A stretch of 42,550 bases of DNA from the IMG/VR virus record IMGVR_UViG_3300018875_000010, positions 1 through 42,550 of that record; one strand, written 5' to 3'. The first letter of the stretch is position 1; every line of letters starts with the position of its first letter. The translations under genes were made by a program, and so were the position numbers. The notes below the pieces were generated by a model that saw nothing but the letters and a program-made list of their open reading frames with translations, searched no databases and had not been told where the DNA came from. Shown piece by piece: positions 35,738 to 41,217 of this stretch. Source of the DNA: a virus.

Positions 35738-37441
35738 ATGAAAGAAGACCTCCTTTCTTCCACCCACTTATCCTCGCAGAAGGACCCGATCAGAGGTGAC
35801 TTCCGTAACTTCCTTTACCTCGTCTGGAAGCACCTCAATCTCCCCGATCCGACACCCATCCAGTACGACATTGCGTCGTTCCTACAGCATGGCCCGAAGC
35901 GTTCGATCATCGAGGCGTTCCGTGGTGTCGGCAAATCGTGGGTAACTTCTGCCTACGTCATCTGGCTCCTACTTCGTGACCCCGATCACAAAATCCTTGT
36001 GGTCTCTGCGTCGAAGATCAGGGCCGACGACTTCACCACATTCACGCTGCGGCTCATCAACGAAATGCCGATCCTTCAGCATCTCAAGCCGAGGGCCGAT
36101 CAGCGTTGCTCGAAGGTGTCCTTTGACGTGGGACCCGCGAAGGCGTCTCACTCCCCGAGCGTGAAATCAGTCGGCATCACCGGTCAGCTTGCGGGTTCTC
36201 GCGCTGACACCATCATTGCCGACGACATCGAAATCCCCAACAACTCCCAAACGCAGGCCATGCGGGACAAGCTGTCTGAACTCGTCAAGGAGTTCGACGC
36301 TATCCTCAAGCCAGGTGGTCGCATCGTCTACCTCGGCACCCCGCAGACCGAACAGTCTCTCTACAACCTCCTCCCCGAGCGCGGCTATCAGGTTCGCGTT
36401 TGGCCCGCCCGTATCCCCGACGAGAAGCAACGGATGGTGTATGGCGAGCGTCTCGCTCCGTACATCGAGGAGCTGATCGACAAAGGCTGGAAGGCGGGTT
36501 CCTCTACGGACCCTCGACGGTTCAACGACGACGACCTCTTCGAGCGTGAAGCCTCTTACGGTAAGGCAGGCTTCGCCCTTCAGTTCATGCTCGACACTCG
36601 CCTCTCGGACGCCGACCGGTATCCGCTGAAGGTCTCCGATCTGATCGTCATGAACATCAACCCGGAGATGGCCCCTCTCAAGTTGGTGTGGGCTGCATCC
36701 CCTGAGTTGGTCCTGAACGAGCTACCGAACGTGGCCTTTGCGGGCGACCGCTATCACCGGCCTATGTTCGTGGAGAAGGATTGGGCACCGTTCACCGGGA
36801 CGGTCATGGCTATCGACCCCTCCGGTCGTGGTGGTGACGAGACCGGCTATGCCATCATCAAGTTCCTCCACGGCTACCTGTATGTGGTCGCTGCGGGAGG
36901 TCTCCCCGGTGGCTACGACGATGAGACCCTCCTGAAGCTGGCACAGATGGCGAAGCTCTATGGGGTCAATCATGTGGTCGTTGAGGCGAACTTCGGTGAC
37001 GGTATGTGGACGAAGCTGTTCACCCCTGTCCTCAACCGCGTCCACCCCTGCATGATCGAGGAGGTCAAACACTCCATGCAGAAGGAGAAGCGGATCATCG
37101 ACACCCTGGAACCGGTCATGATGCGGCACAAGCTCATCATCGACCCCAAGGTCATCGAGCAGGACTACAAGACCGTCTCTCAGTACCCACCGGAGAAGCA
37201 GCAACACTACATGCTCATGCACCAGATGACCCGGATCACGAAGGACCGTGGCGCTCTGGTGAAGGACGACCGCCTCGACGCTCTGGCTATCGCTGTCGCC
37301 TACTGGACAGAACAGATGGCGAGGGACGAGGACAAGGCGGCTGCGGCTCATCGGGAGAAGATGCTGCAAGAGGAGCTAGACAAGTTCCTCGCAGGCTTCG
37401 GCAAGAAGGGTCCAGCAAGGAACCTGTGGGTGCGGGTATAA
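35738..37441 (+). CDS. terminase large subunit (T7 gp19-like)
   Basis: FRGVGKSW, SPSVKSVGITGQLAGSRADTIIADDIE, YLGTPQTE, IDPSGRGGDETGY and DDRLDALA align with the remembered T7 gp19. Start taken at MKEDLL. Confidence 0.95.
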   Translation: MKEDLLSSTHLSSQKDPIRGDFRNFLYLVWKHLNLPDPTPIQYDIASFLQHGPKRSIIEAFRGVGKSWVTSAYVIWLLLRDPDHKILVVSASKIRADDFTTFTLRLINEMPILQHLKPRADQRCSKVSFDVGPAKASHSPSVKSVGITGQLAGSRADTIIADDIEIPNNSQTQAMRDKLSELVKEFDAILKPGGRIVYLGTPQTEQSLYNLLPERGYQVRVWPARIPDEKQRMVYGERLAPYIEELIDKGWKAGSSTDPRRFNDDDLFEREASYGKAGFALQFMLDTRLSDADRYPLKVSDLIVMNINPEMAPLKLVWAASPELVLNELPNVAFAGDRYHRPMFVEKDWAPFTGTVMAIDPSGRGGDETGYAIIKFLHGYLYVVAAGGLPGGYDDETLLKLAQMAKLYGVNHVVVEANFGDGMWTKLFTPVLNRVHPCMIEEVKHSMQKEKRIIDTLEPVMMRHKLIIDPKVIEQDYKTVSQYPPEKQQHYMLMHQMTRITKDRGALVKDDRLDALAIAVAYWTEQMARDEDKAAAAHREKMLQEELDKFLAGFGKKGPARNLWVRV

Positions 37442-37456
37442 GTGCAGTCACTGCAC
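37442..37456. repeat. 15-bp palindrome, exact
   Basis: Starts the base after the terminase stop. Confidence 0.95.
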
Positions 37457-37481
37457 CGGTAGCGTCCGCGCCTTTTTAGAA

Positions 37482-37498
37482 GTGCAGTATCACTGTAC
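37482..37498. repeat. spacer-expanded palindrome variant GTGCAGT-ATC-ACTGtAC
   Basis: Same 7-nt arms (one mismatch) with a 3-nt centre. Confidence 0.7.
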
Positions 37499-37507
37499 CT
37501 GTCATAA

Positions 37508-37524
37508 GTGCAGTGGTACTGCAC
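37508..37524. repeat. spacer-expanded palindrome variant GTGCAGT-GGT-ACTGCAC
   Basis: Perfect arms with a 3-nt centre. Lies 3 nt before the promoter. Confidence 0.8.
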
Positions 37525-37527
37525 CTT

Positions 37528-37547
37528 AATTAACCCTCACCTTCAGG
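37528..37547 (+). promoter_or_regulatory. T3-like phage RNAP promoter after the terminase gene (phi-OR position)
   Basis: AATTAACCCTCACCTTCAGG. The first 13 nt are identical to the T3 promoter AATTAACCCTCAC. Confidence 0.8.
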
Positions 37548-37669
37548 GGGGACCGGAGGTCCCCATCCTATAGGGTATTCAAATAAGTGTACTTAAAGGT
37601 TACATAGGGGTCTCGGGGGTCCTGCTTCGCAGGCCCTCCCTTCGACCCCTACTACCTTGGTTATGCCCT

Positions 37670-37927
37670 ATGAGACTGACCTCCTCACTTCTCCTCCTCC
37701 CCCTCCTCTCCTCCCCGGTCCTTGCCTGCCCCTCCTATGACGTGGGCTGCATCAACCGGGAGAACTCCTATAGGTACTCTCAGCAATCCCAGGAGTGGGC
37801 CTATAGGGAGCAGCAGAAGATGCAGCAGTGGCAAACACAGAACCAGCTTCGCCACATGCAGGACCAGATGACCCACATGAACCACCAATACGGTCATCGT
37901 ATAGGAAGCCCGTACAGGCCCTTCTAG
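37670..37927 (+). CDS. possible Gln-rich lipoprotein (85 aa)
   Basis: Lipobox-like LLLLPLLSSPVLAC. Weak RBS and atypical codons (AGG, ATA). Confidence 0.35.
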   Translation: MRLTSSLLLLPLLSSPVLACPSYDVGCINRENSYRYSQQSQEWAYREQQKMQQWQTQNQLRHMQDQMTHMNHQYGHRIGSPYRPF

Positions 37928-38179
37928 TGGCCTCGGGTACTTCCCTACTCTTGGGGTCTTCTTTGGCCGTCTACGGCCTCCGTAGGCCATCCTACGGGGG
38001 TTTCTTTGGGGACACTTGGGGTTTACTGAGGGGACCTGGATGTTTTGGTGCAAAAATCTGAGAGCCTTCCCCACGCTACGGCGAGGCCCTAGTCCCCCAT
38101 AGCCCCCAAACTGGCCGATCCTCGACCCTTCGGGTCGGCCCAAAGCTGACCTTCGGTCACAACTCCGGTCACAGCCTTC

Positions 38180-38193
38180 GGCTAAGTCATTGA
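38180..38193 (+). repeat. 14-bp direct repeat GGCTAAGTCATTGA, copy 1
   Basis: Identical to 38535-38548. Confidence 0.8.
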
Positions 38194-38282
38194 AATCATT
38201 AGCATTGCAATAGATTAAAGATGGGGTGGACTGCCCTATCGGGGCCTTTGAGGGGACCTTGAGGGGCCTCTATGGGGCATTG

Positions 38283-38297
38283 GTGCAGTCACTGCAT
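38283..38297. repeat. 15-bp palindrome, 14/15
   Basis: In the non-coding end region. Confidence 0.85.
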
Positions 38298-38316
38298 GTT
38301 TCCTGCCTTCGTTTTG

Positions 38317-38332
38317 CATCTATTGTTTTCGA
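38317..38332 (+). repeat. 16-bp direct repeat CATCTATTGTTTTCGA, copy 1
   Basis: Identical to 38505-38520. Confidence 0.8.
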
Positions 38333-38386
38333 CTCCATCCACCTCAGTCCACCTCAAGGGACACCATCGGTCCACCATCGGGACCG

Positions 38387-38401
38387 GTGCAGTGGCTGCA
38401 C
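38387..38401. repeat. 15-bp palindrome, 14/15 (GG centre)
   Basis: In the non-coding end region, flanked by CCG on the left. Confidence 0.85.
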
Positions 38402-38434
38402 CTATAGGCTAGGGCCGTTGGCCCATTGGACACC

Positions 38435-38489
38435 AAATCAGTCCACCAAATCAGCCCGCAAATCAGTCCAAATCAGCTACCCAAATCAG
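38435..38489 (+). repeat. iteron-like array, 5 x AAATCAG spaced 10-13 bp
   Basis: AAATCAG at 38435, 38448, 38460, 38470 and 38483. Three copies extend to CAAATCAGTCCA. Confidence 0.7.
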
Positions 38490-38504
38490 TCCACCAAACG
38501 GGAC

Positions 38505-38520
38505 CATCTATTGTTTTCGA
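38505..38520 (+). repeat. 16-bp direct repeat CATCTATTGTTTTCGA, copy 2
   Basis: Identical to 38317-38332. Confidence 0.8.
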
Positions 38521-38534
38521 GGTGACTGTGACGG

Positions 38535-38548
38535 GGCTAAGTCATTGA
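38535..38548 (+). repeat. 14-bp direct repeat GGCTAAGTCATTGA, copy 2
   Basis: Identical to 38180-38193. Confidence 0.8.
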
Positions 38549-38583
38549 GACACAAGGCAAATCAAAAAAGTTCAAAAAAAGTG

Positions 38584-38623
38584 CAATTAGTCCCTTGACG
38601 GGAACAGTTCCCTCGATTAGCTT
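38584..38623 (+). promoter_or_regulatory. sigma70-type early promoter (copy B of the duplicated cassette) with upstream A-tracts
   Basis: -35 TTGACG (38595-38600), 17-nt spacer, -10 TAGCTT (38618-38623). AAAAAAGTTCAAAAAAA upstream resembles an UP element. Confidence 0.6.
38590..38605. promoter_or_regulatory. GTTCC-N6-GGAAC element (GTCCC TTGACG GGAAC)
   Basis: One mismatch. The N6 spacer is the -35 box of promoter copy B. Confidence 0.55.
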
Positions 38624-38804
38624 AATGACCATCGACGGACGCCAAACGGCCTCCCGAGATGGTCGGAGCGAAGAAAGCCCGAACGCCACATAAGGCCCGC
38701 GAGGGGCACAAGGCTAAGGCTCGATCCTCCTACCGCTCTTTGACAAGTAAATCCGCTCCCTACTGATCCGCATGAAGCGGGATCGAGGCCGAAGCCGAGG
38801 TCAT

Positions 38805-38819
38805 GTGCAGTGACTGCAC
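38805..38819. repeat. 15-bp palindrome, exact (G centre)
   Basis: In the early leader, 65 nt upstream of HH-A. Confidence 0.95.
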
Positions 38820-38883
38820 CATACGAGGCGACAGCAGAGCCAAGTCAAGCGAGGCGAAGCACGGCAAGCGATCCAAGGTAGGG

Positions 38884-38943
38884 CCTTAGCGTAGAGGGAA
38901 TGGTCCCTCCTGAAGAGACCCGCGACGGGTCGAAACGCTAAGG
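38884..38943 (+). ncRNA. hammerhead ribozyme HH-A (type III), predicted cleavage after A38893
   Basis: Stem III CCUUAGCGU/ACGCUAAGG. GUA triplet. Stem I GAGGGA-AUGG-UCCCUC. Core CUGAAGA. Stem II GACCCG-CGA-CGGGUC. GAAA. Confidence 0.8.
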
Positions 38944-38952
38944 AGAAGCATC

Positions 38953-39753
38953 ATGTTCGATACGGTCAACGAAGCCGAAGCCTTCACCAAGGAAGAGACC
39001 AAGTCCGGTTATGACTGGACCGGCGATAACTTCCTGAAGGATTGCGCCGAGACCATCAACGAACGCTATGCCCGAGCCAAGGCTGCGACCCGCAACTCGC
39101 TCGAAGACCTCCGGGTCGTCGGTGAGAGACTGAACGAAGCCAAGGAGTTCTTCAGCGACAAGGGCAAGGGTGCGTTCGGTGGATGGGTCGAAGCCCAAGG
39201 CTTCCCGTTCGATAAGACTTGGCGGGCACGTCTCATGAAGCTGGCTGCTAACTGGGACGCCATCATGGAGGCTGTCGAAGCCTTGCCTGAAGACAAGCGC
39301 AAGTGGTCGGTGGATGGCGTCTTGGCTATCTGGGCCGCTGCGGAAAAGGCCAAGGCACAGCCCGAAGGTGACACCCAAGGTGAAGCCGAAGGTGAAACCG
39401 AAGGCGAACCCAAGGCCAAGGCTAAGAAAGAGACCGAAGCCGAGCGGCTGCGTCGGGAACTGGCTGAAGCTCTCGAACTGATCGAGAAGCTGAAGGCAGA
39501 GAACGAGGCACTCAAGGCCAAGGCTGACGGTGGAGCCAAGGCGAAGGCCAAGGCGAAGCCCGAGGAACCCAAGGCAGGCAACACTGGCACAGTCGATGCC
39601 GTCACCAAGAAGCGGGCCTCTAAGGTGTGGGGTCTCTACACCCGAGGCGCTACCGATGGTGAGAAAGACGCTGCAAAGGCACGTCTCGAAGAGATGGCCG
39701 CGAAGTTCGGTCTGGACTTCGACGCCTTCGTCAAAGCCTGCGGGCTTGCTTAA
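38953..39753 (+). CDS. early protein, DUF3102-like N-terminal domain plus Lys/Ala/Glu-rich coiled coil
   Basis: SD AAGGAG. VGERLNEAKEFF....GAFGGWVEAQGF...TWRARLMKLA resembles DUF3102 as remembered. Confidence 0.65.
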   Translation: MFDTVNEAEAFTKEETKSGYDWTGDNFLKDCAETINERYARAKAATRNSLEDLRVVGERLNEAKEFFSDKGKGAFGGWVEAQGFPFDKTWRARLMKLAANWDAIMEAVEALPEDKRKWSVDGVLAIWAAAEKAKAQPEGDTQGEAEGETEGEPKAKAKKETEAERLRRELAEALELIEKLKAENEALKAKADGGAKAKAKAKPEEPKAGNTGTVDAVTKKRASKVWGLYTRGATDGEKDAAKARLEEMAAKFGLDFDAFVKACGLA

Positions 39754-39765
39754 TTTGCGCGGACG

Positions 39766-39781
39766 GTTCCGTAACAGGAAC
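39766..39781. promoter_or_regulatory. GTTCC-N6-GGAAC element, perfect
   Basis: GTTCC GTAACA GGAAC, after the stop at 39753. The extended hairpin's 3' arm (GTCCCGCG) reaches the HH-B stem III strand GCGU (39788-39791). Confidence 0.6.
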
Positions 39782-39787
39782 TGTCCC

Positions 39788-39839
39788 GCGTCTTGGACTG
39801 ATGCCGTCCAACTGATGAGGCCAAGGCAGGCCGAAACGC
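39788..39839 (+). ncRNA. hammerhead ribozyme HH-B (type III), predicted cleavage after C39792
   Basis: Stem III GCGU/ACGC (4 bp). GUC triplet. Stem I UUGGAC-UGAUGCC-GUCCAA. Core CUGAUGA. Stem II GGCC-AAGGCA-GGCC. GAAA. Confidence 0.8.
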
Positions 39840-39863
39840 AAATCAACGCTAAGGAGAAGTGAC

Positions 39864-40208
39864 ATGCGCGAAGCTCGTATCATCCTCCCTCTCGCTGACA
39901 ACGACGGGAAGCCGGTTGATACCGCTCATGAGTACCTGAAGGGTCGCCTCTGCCGTCTCTTTGGCGGCTTCACGGCTACTCCGGTTATGGGCGGCTGGAT
40001 GGATGACAGCGGGCGGCTCTATGAAGACCGCTCAATCGCCTATGACGTGGCGATGGAAGACACCTACGAGAACGCCCGCAAGGTCGGCTCGATTGCCGAG
40101 ATTGCAGGTCAGATGGCGAAGCAACTCGCCATGTATGTGCGGCTCCCGAATGGGAACGTCCAAATCCTCAACATCGAACCCGCAGCCGAAGCCGCAAAGG
40201 CTGCTTAA
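39864..40208 (+). CDS. early hypothetical protein (114 aa)
   Basis: SD AAGGAG. Clean ORF. Confidence 0.65.
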   Translation: MREARIILPLADNDGKPVDTAHEYLKGRLCRLFGGFTATPVMGGWMDDSGRLYEDRSIAYDVAMEDTYENARKVGSIAEIAGQMAKQLAMYVRLPNGNVQILNIEPAAEAAKAA

Positions 40209-40221
40209 TCGCGCCCCTACG

Positions 40222-40237
40222 GTTCCCCTTCAGGAAC
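40222..40237. promoter_or_regulatory. GTTCC-N6-GGAAC element, perfect
   Basis: ACGGTTCC-CCTTCA-GGAACCGT. The 3' arm overlaps the HH-C stem III strand. Confidence 0.6.
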
Positions 40238-40297
40238 CGTTCGGTCTTCCCCTGAAGCCGGGGAACTGATGAGCCGAAGGCACGGCGAAACCGAACG
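40238..40297 (+). ncRNA. hammerhead ribozyme HH-C (type III), predicted cleavage after C40246
   Basis: Stem III CGUUCGGU/ACCGAACG. GUC triplet. Stem I UUCCCC-UGAAGCC-GGGGAA. Core CUGAUGA. Stem II GCCG-AAGGCA-CGGC. GAAA. Confidence 0.85.
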
Positions 40298-40311
40298 CTA
40301 AGGAGACAGCT

Positions 40312-40656
40312 ATGGAACTGCTTACCGATGCCATCAAGGAAGCCTTGCTTGCCAATGGACGCCGCACGGCCCAAGGCGAGACCATAGACCCGCATCCGGT
40401 CTGTAAACTCTTTACACCGGACGCCGGGGCTACCTGGCTCTTGACGGAATTGGACCCGCTCGATCCCGACATGGCCTTCGGTCTCTGTGACCTTGGGCTA
40501 GGCGAACCCGAGATTGGCTATGTGTCATTGACCGAAATCAAAGCCATCCGGGGACGCCTCGGGCTACCCGTTGAGCGGGACCTCTACTTCAACGCCACCC
40601 TGCCCTTGAGCCTCTACGCTGAGAGGGCACGACTCCAAGGGTGCATTGCAGCCTAA
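40312..40656 (+). CDS. DUF2958-family protein
   Basis: KLFTPDAGATWLLTELDP....AFGLCDLGLGEPEIGYVSLTEI...RGRLGLPVERDLYF is the DUF2958 pattern as remembered. Confidence 0.8.
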   Translation: MELLTDAIKEALLANGRRTAQGETIDPHPVCKLFTPDAGATWLLTELDPLDPDMAFGLCDLGLGEPEIGYVSLTEIKAIRGRLGLPVERDLYFNATLPLSLYAERARLQGCIAA

Positions 40657-40658
40657 AC

Positions 40659-40673
40659 GTGCAGTCACTGCAC
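40659..40673. repeat. 15-bp palindrome, exact
   Basis: 2 nt after the stop of 40312..40656; directly abuts HH-D. Confidence 0.95.
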
Positions 40674-40674
40674 C

Positions 40675-40753
40675 TATACACCGCCTGATGAGACCATAGG
40701 GTCGAAACCTAGAGAGGGTGCTTTAGTTTCCCTCTCGACGGTCGCGGTGGATA
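40675..40753 (+). ncRNA. hammerhead ribozyme HH-D (type I), predicted cleavage after C40743
   Basis: Stem I UAUACACCGC/GCGGUGGAUA (one mismatch). Core CUGAUGA. Stem II GACC-AUAG-GGUC. GAAA. Stem III ACC..GAGAGGG-loop-CCCUCUC..GGU. GUC triplet. Confidence 0.7.
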
Positions 40754-40783
40754 CCCCTTTTGAGCCTACGCCGCACCGATCAA

Positions 40784-40799
40784 ATTCCTGTCAAGGAAC
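40784..40799. promoter_or_regulatory. GTTCC-N6-GGAAC element (ATTCC TGTCAA GGAAC)
   Basis: One mismatch. Upstream of the first MarR-like gene. Confidence 0.45.
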
Positions 40800-40815
40800 A
40801 AACCCATTATTGACT

Positions 40816-40835
40816 TGAACCCAAAAATGGGTTCA
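40816..40835. promoter_or_regulatory. perfect 20-bp palindrome TGAACCCA-AAAA-TGGGTTCA, candidate operator upstream of the first MarR-like gene
   Basis: Abuts a TTGACT hexamer (40810-40815), 26 nt upstream of the ATG at 40861. Confidence 0.5.
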
Positions 40836-40860
40836 TCTCCGTGCGCCAAGGGCAATAAGA

Positions 40861-41175
40861 ATGAGAATCCACCAACAGCTTTGGGACATGGGACAAGCCG
40901 TCCGTGCCGTAGACCCGAAATTCGATGTCACGGCATGGCTGGTCTTTCTTTATGTCGCCAAGAACCCTGGCACAGGTTCAGCGTCCATCGTCAAGGAACT
41001 CGACCTGTCCCAAAGCACGCTCTCTCGGACAGTGATTTACCTGTCCAATCTGCCTAACGGCTTAAACCTGATAGCGATGGAGCCGAACCCGGAGGATCGG
41101 AGACAGCACCGTCTTTATCTGACCGAGAAAGGTGAGGCTTTCCTAAAGTCGCTGCGTAAAATCATTGGGGGCTAA
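40861..41175 (+). CDS. MarR-like winged-helix regulator (104 aa)
   Basis: GTGSASIVKELDLSQSTLSRTVIYL....EPNPEDRRQHRLYLTEKGEAF shows the MarR HTH-plus-wing pattern. Confidence 0.7.
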   Translation: MRIHQQLWDMGQAVRAVDPKFDVTAWLVFLYVAKNPGTGSASIVKELDLSQSTLSRTVIYLSNLPNGLNLIAMEPNPEDRRQHRLYLTEKGEAFLKSLRKIIGG

Positions 41176-41217
41176 GACCCTCAGATCACCTCAGAACTCG
41201 ATGTGTGTGTCCGTTGG

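Noticed and set aside
38435-38489. Possible CRISPR array.
   Set aside because: The repeats are only 7-12 nt long with 3-6 nt between them, and no cas genes are present. This is an iteron-like array, not a CRISPR.
38226-38525. A 99-aa plus-strand ORF in the repeat-rich end region.
   Set aside because: It is built almost entirely from the iterons, the direct repeats and two palindrome copies. It has no RBS, so it was treated as non-coding.
38659-38766. A 35-aa highly basic ORF in the early leader.
   Set aside because: It has no SD, it is very short, and it overlaps probable regulatory RNA. It was not called.
38740-38772. A perfect -35 TTGACA in the early leader, a possible second early promoter.
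   Set aside because: No acceptable -10 lies at 16-18 nt (the best candidates are TACTGA and ACTGAT). It is left as unsupported.
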